DNA of 64,000 bases from a virus (Duplodnaviria > Caudoviricetes): positions 32,001-96,000 of IMG/VR virus record IMGVR_UViG_3300028171_000090; one strand, written 5' to 3'. The position numbers were made by a program, and so were the translations under genes. Shown here one piece after another: positions 46,980 to 55,955 of this stretch (the first letter of the stretch is position 1; every line of letters begins with the position of its first letter). Below the pieces are notes generated by a model, which saw only the letters and a list, made by a program, of their open reading frames with translations, ran no database searches and was not told the DNA's origin.

Positions 46980-47456
46980 ATGCGAGTAAGTCAGTTTATA
47001 CCATACGAAGTGTTCGATACCCCAGCGGGTATCGAGCCATTATATCATTATTTAGAATTAGGTAATCTAGGATTGTCTAAAAAGAAGATTAATAAGATTA
47101 TCAATGCTTTAGATGACAACTGGACAAAATGTGTTCATGTTGGTATACATATTGGAAAGCATGGTATTCCTACATTCGAAGAGATGTCAGGGTATGCTTA
47201 CAAAGAAGTTGTAAAGCATGACAACGAGTATATATGCGACATGAAGCGCATTCATGTTCTTCTAGGAACGTTTGGTATTGGTATCCGTGCATGTAGTCGA
47301 GATGAGATGGAGGAAATATGTTACGGAGATTATAGTAAGCCAATCGTTACAAAGTCTACCTTTACAGAGATACGTAAGAGTGGAAAGCGTAATATACCAA
47401 AGGTTATGACAAGTATAGCTTTCCATATTTATATCCCTGGACCAGAAACGGAATAA
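46980..47456 (+). CDS. Array family A member
   Basis: VGIHIG ... FHIYIP. Confidence 0.75.
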   Translation: MRVSQFIPYEVFDTPAGIEPLYHYLELGNLGLSKKKINKIINALDDNWTKCVHVGIHIGKHGIPTFEEMSGYAYKEVVKHDNEYICDMKRIHVLLGTFGIGIRACSRDEMEEICYGDYSKPIVTKSTFTEIRKSGKRNIPKVMTSIAFHIYIPGPETE

Positions 47457-47469
47457 CGGTATTCTAAAA

Positions 47470-47488
47470 CATACATTATTTATATGAA
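47470..47488 (+). promoter_or_regulatory. Putative early promoter (variant)
   Basis: CATACATTATTTATATGAA. Confidence 0.5.
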
Positions 47489-47540
47489 TACAAGATAAAG
47501 TAAAAAGCTTTATCAATAATTTACTTGGAGGAATTATAAA

Positions 47541-48185
47541 ATGACAAGTTTAGACACAATCTTCAAACCGTATCGAAAGTGTGAAAGAATGAACAAACCG
47601 AAGCGTACTGACCTAACGGTCTTTACGATTAAAAACGCATTGCTTCAAGTATTACCGCGTAAACGCACATACTTCTTTGAAGGAAAGTATGATATGTTGG
47701 CGGGTAAAATTCATGCTCAAATCCAATCATTAGGAAAAACCATTGATGGATTCTACCTATATTATGGTACAGATGAGCATAATGATTTTGAGACTTATGG
47801 TATGGATGATATTCACCTATCTAGTAGAAGACCTGGGATGGATATCGCTGACACTGATTATGAAATGTTAAAAACAGTTATTATAGATGATGGTGATGTG
47901 CCTAGCCATCTACCTAAGCCGAAACTAGGTATGATGATGGCAGTAAATGTTGAGGAGCATTTTGCAAATGGACCGACTCGTAATCTTATCCCAGATTCAT
48001 TCCATTATGTATCACCAGTATGGGATAATACATTCTTTATGGTAACATTGTCTCACTATCGTCATTCTTCTTCTATCATGGAGCCTGATGGTGTGAAGGA
48101 TAAAGAATTTACTGCAAACTTTGTTCACATCTATGTTCCGAACGTGATGGCATCAGAATTAACACTGGATGGTGAATGGGAATGA
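47541..48185 (+). CDS. Array family A member
   Basis: IDGFYLYYG ... VHIYVP. Confidence 0.75.
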   Translation: MTSLDTIFKPYRKCERMNKPKRTDLTVFTIKNALLQVLPRKRTYFFEGKYDMLAGKIHAQIQSLGKTIDGFYLYYGTDEHNDFETYGMDDIHLSSRRPGMDIADTDYEMLKTVIIDDGDVPSHLPKPKLGMMMAVNVEEHFANGPTRNLIPDSFHYVSPVWDNTFFMVTLSHYRHSSSIMEPDGVKDKEFTANFVHIYVPNVMASELTLDGEWE

Positions 48186-48823
48186 AGAAGATAGTTGAAC
48201 TTAGAATATTAATAGAAGGCATCGTAGAAGAAGATAAAGGATTGAGAGCGGATATACATTCGCTCTCTTTAGATAATACATTATTGGTTCAATTCCATAA
48301 TAGAATTGTGGATAGTATTAACTCTAAATACATTTGGGATAAACTATCAATCATGGCACAGTATGTAATGGACCATTATGAACAGTTTGAATCATATGAT
48401 ATCGATATGGTCATGGCGAGAGCTGATGATATCATAGAAGCATTGAAAAAGGAAGACTCTAAACAATATGACAAATATAATAAATTTGACCCAATATTGA
48501 TAGCAGGTCAATTGCGAGCTGGCATACGAGTATTGGAAGGTGAGCGTATTATCTTTAATGATAACATGCATCAATATAGTATTTATATTGATAAAGATTA
48601 TGATAAATTAGAAAGTACAAGAAAGAAGCTAGAAGAGATTTCTAAATCATATCCGTATTGTACATTCTCTTTACAGACTCTTACGAATGATGGCATGGAT
48701 GTAATGGAAATCCAAGACGGGGAAACTAGATTCGGTAACGTTGATCATAATGTATTTAAAGGCGATTATAAACTAACAGATATAAATGTAAAAAAATTAA
48801 CGGAAGAGGGATGGCTAAGATGA
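48176..48823 (+). CDS. Paralog family B member 4
   Basis: FHNRIVDSIN, QYVMDHY, LEEISKSYP. Confidence 0.7.
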   Translation: MGMKKIVELRILIEGIVEEDKGLRADIHSLSLDNTLLVQFHNRIVDSINSKYIWDKLSIMAQYVMDHYEQFESYDIDMVMARADDIIEALKKEDSKQYDKYNKFDPILIAGQLRAGIRVLEGERIIFNDNMHQYSIYIDKDYDKLESTRKKLEEISKSYPYCTFSLQTLTNDGMDVMEIQDGETRFGNVDHNVFKGDYKLTDINVKKLTEEGWLR

Positions 48824-49335
48824 AAGGATTCTTTGTAACGGAGAAAATGAAGGAATTGTTCTTTGGAGGAATGCAGGAGTTGGTTGAGCCTACAGCTTTA
48901 GCAACAATTGATTCAGTAGCAACGCAAGAGTTAGAGAAAGATAAAACGATTAAAGAAATTACATTTTACTTTGGAGAAAAGGATTTAGATGATTTTAAGA
49001 ATACAGCTTGCTATACAAAAACAATGATGTCTACTATTCATGAAGGTGAGAATATCAAAATAGCAACACATAGCACAACTTGTAATGTATTGATCGGTCT
49101 TATTACAACAGGGGTACACCGAGAAACATCTACGATTATTAAGAAGCTATCAGGTGGCATCGATACAGAGAACTATCATAAATATGTATCATGTGAAATG
49201 GCTGACCAATTGGTTACAGTTATTAAGAATAATAAAGTAAATAAAACGGAAGATGGAGATAGAACACATACGGATGACCTAGGTACTGTACTAAGTATCT
49301 ATGTTCCTCAAGCGTATGTGATTGGAGAAGAATAG
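48820..49335 (+). CDS. Array family A member
   Basis: IKEITFYFG ... LSIYVP; start moved to ATG 48820. Confidence 0.75.
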   Translation: MKGFFVTEKMKELFFGGMQELVEPTALATIDSVATQELEKDKTIKEITFYFGEKDLDDFKNTACYTKTMMSTIHEGENIKIATHSTTCNVLIGLITTGVHRETSTIIKKLSGGIDTENYHKYVSCEMADQLVTVIKNNKVNKTEDGDRTHTDDLGTVLSIYVPQAYVIGEE

Positions 49336-49355
49336 GGAATCCCTATTCTTTTTTT
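49328..49355 (+). terminator. Intrinsic terminator
   Basis: AAGAATAGGG-AAT-CCCTATTCTT plus T-tract. Confidence 0.75.
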
Positions 49356-49417
49356 GTAATCATTTATGAATATCTGTACATCCATATAATAGAGAGAAAC
49401 CGGAGAGGGAGATATTC

Positions 49418-49957
49418 ATGACTGAAACAATAGAGATGAAACGATATGTACTACAACGCATCTTAACAAATAATATAAAAGAAATTAAGAAGGCGTTACA
49501 TAATCCAAAATTAGAAATACTAACATCAGAAGAATTATCTACCATCGTTAACGGTGCTTCATGTGAAGAATTAAATGAAGCGACTGTTATTTTTTATATT
49601 GGAAACGCTGATATTTATCGTTTCGAACATAGTGCTACATATAATGAAAATCAATTCGTATATAAGGACGTACCTGAAGTGAAAAAAACGGTAACGTCTG
49701 CAAAAGTAGTACGACCAGTACTGACCGACATGTCAGTTGGTTTTAAACGAAAACAAACAACTCATCGTACTCAGACTGGACAAATGCGTGACACGTCCAC
49801 TTCAGATAATTGCAAATCTGTATTCGATGTAAACAAGTTACATGTAATAGAAACATATGAAATGGATAAGACAGTCAAAGAACATCCGTCTTATCACTAT
49901 AAAGAAGATAGTAAAGTGTATCTTCATATTTACATTCCAGAGAGTAGAATCCGTTAA
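49418..49957 (+). CDS. Array family A member
   Basis: VIFYIG ... LHIYIP. Confidence 0.75.
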   Translation: MTETIEMKRYVLQRILTNNIKEIKKALHNPKLEILTSEELSTIVNGASCEELNEATVIFYIGNADIYRFEHSATYNENQFVYKDVPEVKKTVTSAKVVRPVLTDMSVGFKRKQTTHRTQTGQMRDTSTSDNCKSVFDVNKLHVIETYEMDKTVKEHPSYHYKEDSKVYLHIYIPESRIR

Positions 49958-49979
49958 GGATTCTACTTTTCTTTTTTTT
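49941..49979 (+). terminator. Intrinsic terminator
   Basis: AGTAGAATCC-N5-GGATTCTACT plus T-tract. Confidence 0.8.
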
Positions 49980-50000
49980 CGTAATAAAGATATAATTGAC

Positions 50001-50019
50001 TATATATTATAATAGTGAG
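50001..50019 (+). promoter_or_regulatory. Putative early promoter
   Basis: TATATATTATAATAGTGAG. Confidence 0.75.
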
Positions 50020-50030
50020 CACCATAAAAA

Positions 50031-50092
50031 AAGGTTGAATGTTATCCATGAAACATTACCTACTCAATTAAAACTTGAGTAAGAAAAGGGGA
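50031..50092 (+). promoter_or_regulatory. Double-hairpin 5' leader (diverged copy)
   Basis: AGGT..AATGTT-ATCCATGA-AACATT-ACCT, then ACTCAA-N7-TTGAGT, then RBS. Confidence 0.5.
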
Positions 50093-50095
50093 ACT

Positions 50096-50560
50096 ATGAA
50101 ATCGATTAAAGTATCACCTTCTCAAAACAAGCCATCGGAAGAACTCACTTCTGAAATGATGGTATTGTTAAAAGAACACATTTCCGCAGGAAAGCTTTCT
50201 AAAAAGAACTTTGAAGTTCTTAAAGTCGAGTTAGCGAAAGGTGACATTTCAGAATTACATGTATACGATAAATATATTGACGATTACAACCGTTTCTGTG
50301 GCGGTGCATGTACGACAGTTTATCGTCAAGATATGGGATATGTATGGATTCAACGAGTAAAAGTATTGACATCGGATATTATTATCGGTGCAAATGATGA
50401 CTACGATGATCCTTTTAGTGTAGGATTATTATCCCAGGTATCAGGTCGTTGCAAACAAAATCAATTTGCAGCAACTGTAACATACAACCATAAGATTCGA
50501 AAGGATCAGAGAGTTACAAAAATTGTTGTTATTAAATCACTTCATGTGTATTTAGGTTAG
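50096..50560 (+). CDS. Array family A member
   Basis: ISELHVYD ... LHVYLG; start moved to ATG 50096. Confidence 0.75.
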   Translation: MKSIKVSPSQNKPSEELTSEMMVLLKEHISAGKLSKKNFEVLKVELAKGDISELHVYDKYIDDYNRFCGGACTTVYRQDMGYVWIQRVKVLTSDIIIGANDDYDDPFSVGLLSQVSGRCKQNQFAATVTYNHKIRKDQRVTKIVVIKSLHVYLG

Positions 50561-50566
50561 TAACAC

Positions 50567-50599
50567 CTAGGAGAAGGGTCCCCATACCCTCCCTCCTAG
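50567..50599 (+). promoter_or_regulatory. Hairpin with CCAT-containing loop (diverged copy)
   Basis: CTAGGAG-A-AGGGT-CCCCAT-ACCCT-CC-CTCCTAG, no T-tract. Confidence 0.5.
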
Positions 50600-50686
50600 C
50601 TTACAATATAGATATAAAAACTATGGTCCGATATACCAGACAAATATCATTCATACAATTAAAGATTGTATGAGGAGGAGAAACTT

Positions 50687-51196
50687 ATGTTAAAAATCGA
50701 TACGAATTCAATTTTAAGAGTAACCGATGAAGTGGTACAAACTTCAGGGGAAGAGTATAAACAAGCATTTTTAAATCAAGGATTATTAAATAAAACTGAA
50801 GCAAATATGCTACATGGTATTTACACTAATCCACAAAATAAATTTACACATGTACGAGTGTACTTTGGAACAGTGCAAGGTGAGTTCTTTGCTTATGATG
50901 CATGCACAGCTAAATTCCATACTACACATCAAACATTTGCAAAACGAAATAAAACAGTTGAAGTAACTGTTCAATTTGGTACTGTGACTAAAGGGACTGA
51001 ATCTATTGACCGTACTGGCGCTAACTTAGAGAATTCCAATATGGTTCAAGCTGGATTCAAAGCTACAGATGTAACAGCAACAATTACTATCGAACGATTA
51101 CATGAAACGTTTGGACAGCAACGTGCTGCAATTGCATTACCTGTAACAACATTAAATATCTATATTCCGCAAGAACGTTTACAAGAAAATAAATAA
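50687..51196 (+). CDS. Array family A member
   Basis: HVRVYFG ... LNIYIPQER; start moved to ATG 50687. Confidence 0.8.
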   Translation: MLKIDTNSILRVTDEVVQTSGEEYKQAFLNQGLLNKTEANMLHGIYTNPQNKFTHVRVYFGTVQGEFFAYDACTAKFHTTHQTFAKRNKTVEVTVQFGTVTKGTESIDRTGANLENSNMVQAGFKATDVTATITIERLHETFGQQRAAIALPVTTLNIYIPQERLQENK

Positions 51197-51208
51197 TAAA
51201 AACATATA

Positions 51209-51273
51209 AAGGTTTGAGGGTTGTCCATAACAACCCTTACTATCTAATGAAAAATTAGATAGCTAAGAGGAGA
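51209..51273 (+). repeat. Conserved double-hairpin leader, copy 1
   Basis: AAGGTT..AGGGTTGT-CCATA-ACAACCCT..CTATCTAAT-GAAAA-ATTAGATAG-CTAAGAGGAGA. Confidence 0.85.
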
Positions 51274-51278
51274 AAACA

Positions 51279-51800
51279 ATGATCGAAATGACTACAGCAG
51301 ACGTATTAGAAGTAACAGAAAAAGAGATTTTAGAAAAAGGTAATGAGTGGGTAAATCACTTCTTTACTTTAGATTACGTTACATCTAATGAATTAGAAGC
51401 TTTAATGAATGTATATCGTGCACATACTATTAACAAAGTTGAAGTATACTTTGGTGCACGACATGTTGAAGAGTTCCTATTTAACGGTTGCACACAAAAA
51501 GAAATTCGCATGAAGAAACCTGGTGAAGAAGAATCTCGTGTAGTGAATATCTTCCCAGTTGCAGAATTTGGTGCAGTTAGTTTAGGAAACTATGTTGAAG
51601 TAAATCGTAACACTGTTGTGCATTCACGACCAATGATTAACTTTGACAATATCAATGCTACAGTTTGTCATCATACAAGTCGTAAAACAGTTCGTCGATT
51701 TGAAGTTGGACCTCGTAATAGAGCTTCACATTCACATGAAATTGTATTGCGTGTATACATTCCACAAGAACGTGTACGTCCAGGTCATGAAGTAAAGTAA
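51279..51800 (+). CDS. Array family A member (close paralog of 51882)
   Basis: VNHFFTL.Y.TSNE, VEVYFG, LRVYIPQ. Confidence 0.85.
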   Translation: MIEMTTADVLEVTEKEILEKGNEWVNHFFTLDYVTSNELEALMNVYRAHTINKVEVYFGARHVEEFLFNGCTQKEIRMKKPGEEESRVVNIFPVAEFGAVSLGNYVEVNRNTVVHSRPMINFDNINATVCHHTSRKTVRRFEVGPRNRASHSHEIVLRVYIPQERVRPGHEVK

Positions 51801-51811
51801 TATTATATAAT

Positions 51812-51876
51812 AAGGTTCGAGGGCTGTCCATAACAGCCCTCACTATCTAATGAAAAATTGGATAGCTAAGAGGAGA
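51812..51876 (+). repeat. Conserved double-hairpin leader, copy 2 (compensatory change)
   Basis: AGGGCTGT-CCATA-ACAGCCCT..CTATCTAAT-GAAAA-ATTGGATAG-CTAAGAGGAGA. Confidence 0.85.
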
Positions 51877-51881
51877 CGGCA

Positions 51882-52382
51882 ATGATTAAATTAACTACAG
51901 AAAAAGTACTAACAGTACAACCTATCGATATTCAAGAAATGGGTGAAGAGTATGTGAATCACTTCTTTACCTTAGGCTATATCACTTCTAACGAGTTTGA
52001 TGTTTTATTAGATGTATTTAAAGACAAAGAAATCGATATTGTTGAAGTGTATTTCGGAGGACGTCATAACGAAGCATTCCGTTTACAAGGATGTACTGAG
52101 AAAGAAATTGTTCGAGAACATAAGACTACAAGTCGAACTGATACAGTTAAAATTGAACCTGTATTAAACGATGTGGAAGTTGGAAGATATGTCGAATACA
52201 ATCGTAAACCATTATCGACCAATCAATTACCAGCATTTAATGCAGATCATCTTACTGCTACGGTATGCTCCCATGTCGGTCGTGGAGCGACACGTGGTTT
52301 TGGAGGCATTGTCACTCCTCATTCTATCCCGAGTTTCAGAGCATTGCGAGTATATATTCCTCAGAGTCGTTTATCTGAGTAA
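51882..52382 (+). CDS. Array family A member
   Basis: VEVYFG ... LRVYIPQ. Confidence 0.85.
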   Translation: MIKLTTEKVLTVQPIDIQEMGEEYVNHFFTLGYITSNEFDVLLDVFKDKEIDIVEVYFGGRHNEAFRLQGCTEKEIVREHKTTSRTDTVKIEPVLNDVEVGRYVEYNRKPLSTNQLPAFNADHLTATVCSHVGRGATRGFGGIVTPHSIPSFRALRVYIPQSRLSE

Positions 52383-52389
52383 TATAATG

Positions 52390-52422
52390 AAAGGTAGGTT
52401 CATTCCTACCTTTTATTTTTTT
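52390..52422 (+). terminator. Intrinsic terminator
   Basis: AAGGTAGG-N6-CCTACCTT plus T-tract. Confidence 0.75.
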
Positions 52423-52481
52423 GTCTGTTTTACTATGCTCCTGACCGTAAATCTATGTTCCGTAATAACCCCCTTTTCAGT

Positions 52482-52500
52482 TACATATTATATTAGTGAA
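52482..52500 (+). promoter_or_regulatory. Putative early promoter
   Basis: TACATATTATATTAGTGAA. Confidence 0.6.
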
Positions 52501-52540
52501 TACATCAAAACTATACTAATTATAAAGGGGATTTATTATT

Positions 52541-52852
52541 ATGAAAAAATTTACTGACTCAGAATTTTCAAGATTTATGCAGGAGAACGAAGCTTATGTT
52601 AACGGTACAATCATTAGAACTGGTATCTTAACTAAATTTGAAGTAGAAGAATTATTTGACGAAGTTACTTTAACTGACGATGTTGAGAACGTTATCTTCT
52701 ATACTGGTTTCAAAGATGGTGCAGCCTTTAAAGCCGCCGTTGAAGTACATGTCGTCCATCCATTAGATATCACCAAAGTATTTAAAGATAGGACAATCCA
52801 CATATTCATACCGCAGATGCGTATCATGAAGAGTGGATTAGGAGTAGCCTAA
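52541..52852 (+). CDS. Array family A, minimal member (103 aa)
   Basis: VIFYTG ... IHIFIPQ with very short middle. Confidence 0.75.
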   Translation: MKKFTDSEFSRFMQENEAYVNGTIIRTGILTKFEVEELFDEVTLTDDVENVIFYTGFKDGAAFKAAVEVHVVHPLDITKVFKDRTIHIFIPQMRIMKSGLGVA

Positions 52853-52874
52853 TTCTAGGTTATTCCTTTTTTTT
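52840..52874 (+). terminator. Intrinsic terminator
   Basis: GGAGTAGCCT/AGGTTATTCC (GU pairs) plus T8. Confidence 0.65.
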
Positions 52875-52910
52875 GTCTCCATTATGAACTCCCCACCCAT
52901 CTTCACTCTT

Positions 52911-52922
52911 AACAATATATTG
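52911..52922 (+). promoter_or_regulatory. Putative late promoter AACA-N6-TG for endolysin
   Basis: AACAATATATTG immediately followed by hairpin TGAGACAA-CAAAC-TTGTCTCA. Confidence 0.6.
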
Positions 52923-52968
52923 AGACAACAAACTTGTCTCATATCTTACTTAAAAGGAGTGGATATAT

Positions 52969-54015
52969 ATGGGTTTCATCGTTGATATTTCCCATCATAA
53001 TACTGTAGATTGGTCTTTAGCTAGTAAATACTTAGACTTAGCAATCATTCGTGTCCAATACGGTTCTAACACGGTTGATAGAAAGTATAAGTCTTTCGTT
53101 GAAGGCTGTAAACAATACGGTATTCCTTTCGGTCACTATGCATATGCTTTATTCGTAAGCGTCGAAGATGCTCGTGTGGAAGCACGTGACTTCATGAAAC
53201 GTGCGGATAAAGATGCGAAGTTCTTAGTTGTCGATGTAGAAGAATTGACAATCAAAGGACGCCCTGATTTAATGCTTCCTGCTACACAAGCTTACGTTGA
53301 TGAGTTACGTAAAGCAGGATGGAAAGTTGGCTTATACACTGGTCATCACGTATGGGATGAATTCCGTATGGATAAAGTGGATGCTGACTTCGTTTGGGTA
53401 CCACGTTACGGAGCTAACAAATCTCCTAACCCAGATGGTCCTAAACCAAAAATGCGTGTAGATATTTGGCAATATACTGAGTACGGTAACATTCCAGGTA
53501 TCCAAACACGTTCTGATGTAAATATGCTATTAGGTGATAAAACACTTGAATGGTATACTGGAGCGAGTGTTCCAACACCACCTCCAAGCATTGCACCTGA
53601 CAGTGGTAGTCTTGTTGATAAAAACGCAGGTCTTCCAATTGGTCGTGTAAAAGTAACTGGCACTGGTGTACGTTTACGTGAACAGCCATCTACAAATTCA
53701 AGAATCGTTAAAACACTTGATAAACTTGAGTATTTATACTACGGTTATGTCAAAGGTGAAGACGGTTACATTTGGTGGAACTTAGGTTCTGGATGGGTTC
53801 GTTCTGACGTAGGTGGAGACTTTATTTCTGGTGGAGCTGTAGTAACAGCATCTGTATTAAATGTACGTACAGGTCCAGGAACAAACTTCTCTATTAAGAA
53901 ACAACTTACAAGCGGTGCACAAGTACGCGTTTGGACACGTCAAGGTGATTGGTACTGCATCAATGATGACGAATGGGTTCATGGTGCATATATCACAGTT
54001 CGTGATAAATACTAA
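52969..54015 (+). CDS. Endolysin: GH25 muramidase (PlyB-like) + Pro-rich linker + two SH3b domains
   Basis: VDISHH, LVVDVEE, WQYT, DVN; VRLREQPST and LNVRTGPGT SH3b starts. Confidence 0.93.
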   Translation: MGFIVDISHHNTVDWSLASKYLDLAIIRVQYGSNTVDRKYKSFVEGCKQYGIPFGHYAYALFVSVEDARVEARDFMKRADKDAKFLVVDVEELTIKGRPDLMLPATQAYVDELRKAGWKVGLYTGHHVWDEFRMDKVDADFVWVPRYGANKSPNPDGPKPKMRVDIWQYTEYGNIPGIQTRSDVNMLLGDKTLEWYTGASVPTPPPSIAPDSGSLVDKNAGLPIGRVKVTGTGVRLREQPSTNSRIVKTLDKLEYLYYGYVKGEDGYIWWNLGSGWVRSDVGGDFISGGAVVTASVLNVRTGPGTNFSIKKQLTSGAQVRVWTRQGDWYCINDDEWVHGAYITVRDKY

Positions 54016-54017
54016 GA

Positions 54018-54050
54018 AAGAGAGTAGACTTCGGTCTACTCTTCTTTTTT
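54018..54050 (+). terminator. Intrinsic terminator (UUCG loop)
   Basis: GAGTAGAC-TTCG-GTCTACTC plus T-tract. Confidence 0.85.
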
Positions 54051-54108
54051 GTCATTTTTTAGAAATCATCCTACATTATATTGAGAAACCTTAGAGGAGG
54101 AAATAGAA

Positions 54109-54684
54109 ATGACGACAGACTTACATAAGGCTGAGAAAGTATATGAAAATATTCGCTTAGAGAATATAGATAAAGGACTTAATAAAATTACAAAATTATG
54201 TAGAGATGGCTCATTACTACATGAGCATCATGATATTATCTTAGATAGACTCGCACAAGGTGAAAAGGTTATCGATAGTATTGCAATCTTCGAAGGTCAG
54301 AATGATATGTTTACATTTATCGATGAGGCTACAAACAAGCACATATCTCGAATTGGTGTAAAACCATTCGATTCATTTGATACTCATAAAGTTACAGTAT
54401 TATTTGGAACTTATCAACCTAAAACAAGAAAAATTAAAAACTTTGCATATATGAATCGTAATGGTGTTATGCAAACTGAAATTATGGAATCATGTACCGC
54501 TTGTGATGAAGATGGTGTAGCAATTCCAATGTTTATAAATAATGTTATTATATGCGAAGTAGAAGTAGAAATAGCTACACGCCCAAATAATGAAATGCAA
54601 TGGTATAAACCTGCTGACGTTATGGGTGTTTACCGACATATTATGGTATATGTACCAACTACAGAAAAGGGAGAGAATAAATAA
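54109..54684 (+). CDS. Array family A member
   Basis: IDSIAIFEG ... IMVYVP. Confidence 0.75.
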   Translation: MTTDLHKAEKVYENIRLENIDKGLNKITKLCRDGSLLHEHHDIILDRLAQGEKVIDSIAIFEGQNDMFTFIDEATNKHISRIGVKPFDSFDTHKVTVLFGTYQPKTRKIKNFAYMNRNGVMQTEIMESCTACDEDGVAIPMFINNVIICEVEVEIATRPNNEMQWYKPADVMGVYRHIMVYVPTTEKGENK

Positions 54685-55289
54685 TGATTACACTATCAAA
54701 AGAACTTACATTACAACATATCGAGAAGGACGGGCTGGATAAATTCCTTCCTAAGAATTCATCATTACACTTCTCACAAGATCATACAGATGCAATTAAA
54801 ACATTACTACAAGATGATACATATGGACTTAAATTAGTACACTTATACGATGGTGGGGATTGCTCATTATTCTCGAAGGACTTCTTAGACTTCGCATTTA
54901 AGTGTATTGATATGGATGAAACAGTTCCTACGAATATGCAATACCCTGTGGGAGAAGTTCCAAATATCTCTGAAATTATTGGTAATAAAACTACCACTCG
55001 ACGAGTGGATATCGTTAAGGGTGCTGACGCTATTCTTAAAGGTAATAAATGTATCCATACGTCACAGAAAATGACACATACTGGACAATTGGAAATCATG
55101 ACAACTACATCCGAAAAACTTACTAAGTTCCCGGGTAAAAAAGAGATTATTATTGCACTAGTAAAAGATTATGAATCTCATCGTATATTTGCAGAACGCT
55201 CTGCTACAAGTACGAAACCTGAATACTCATTACATATTCTAATGCCAGGTACCTTATTTGAAGAATTTACAGAAAGTGAGGAGAACTAG
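54684..55289 (+). CDS. Array family A member
   Basis: LVHLYDG ... LHILMP. Confidence 0.75.
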   Translation: MITLSKELTLQHIEKDGLDKFLPKNSSLHFSQDHTDAIKTLLQDDTYGLKLVHLYDGGDCSLFSKDFLDFAFKCIDMDETVPTNMQYPVGEVPNISEIIGNKTTTRRVDIVKGADAILKGNKCIHTSQKMTHTGQLEIMTTTSEKLTKFPGKKEIIIALVKDYESHRIFAERSATSTKPEYSLHILMPGTLFEEFTESEEN

Positions 55290-55290
55290 T

Positions 55291-55830
55291 ATGCATATAT
55301 TTGGAGACGGACTAGAACATATTGGTCAATTAATAAAAACAATGCAAGCACGATATGATCACATGGTAGAGAATAATATCATATCGGAAATGGATAGAAA
55401 TATTACAGCTACATTACTGAAGAACTTATCATCTGATAAGTTTCTTCGTTTTGTATATCATCATAAAGATGATATTAACTCTCAAGAAATGTCTATCACT
55501 GACGTATTATATAATGAAAAGTATTACGGTAAAAATGATGAGTGTATGGAGATGTCAAGTATCTTTGTAAAGGCTATTGATAGTGATATTGAATTTGGTG
55601 ATAAGCATATTCGCCAGACAGTAGAGACTATTTTTGGTAAAACACGTCAGACTCTCATTGCTGATACAGATAAAGAATTTGAGAACTTTGATATTGAGAA
55701 GCCTCATATCTTTATTAGAACAATTACTCGTTGCGTAAAAGAGTTAACTACAGGAAAAGAGCATGATGAAGTGTATAATGAACTACATGTATATCAGCCT
55801 AATATTAACCCTACAATTCCAGTAGAATAA
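55291..55830 (+). CDS. Array family A member
   Basis: LRFVYH ... LHVYQP; start moved to ATG 55291. Confidence 0.7.
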   Translation: MHIFGDGLEHIGQLIKTMQARYDHMVENNIISEMDRNITATLLKNLSSDKFLRFVYHHKDDINSQEMSITDVLYNEKYYGKNDECMEMSSIFVKAIDSDIEFGDKHIRQTVETIFGKTRQTLIADTDKEFENFDIEKPHIFIRTITRCVKELTTGKEHDEVYNELHVYQPNINPTIPVE

Positions 55831-55855
55831 AAAACGTAACAAATGTGTATTCAGT

Positions 55856-55874
55856 CATACATTATATTAGTGAG
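55856..55874 (+). promoter_or_regulatory. Putative early promoter
   Basis: CATACATTATATTAGTGAG. Confidence 0.75.
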
Positions 55875-55887
55875 TAAGCCATTAATA

Positions 55888-55948
55888 AAGGTTTTAGGGT
55901 TGTCCATAACAACCCTCCCCCATACTTATAAGGTATGGAGATAAGGAG
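55888..55948 (+). repeat. Conserved double-hairpin leader, copy 3
   Basis: AAGGTT..AGGGTTGT-CCATA-ACAACCCT, then a different second stem CCATAC-N7-GTATGG, then AAGGAG. Confidence 0.8.
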
Positions 55949-55955
55949 CTAAGAA

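Noticed and set aside
51209-55948. Repeated palindromic elements as a CRISPR array
   Set aside because: Copies are about 600 bp or 4 kb apart with full genes between them and end in an RBS; no cas genes
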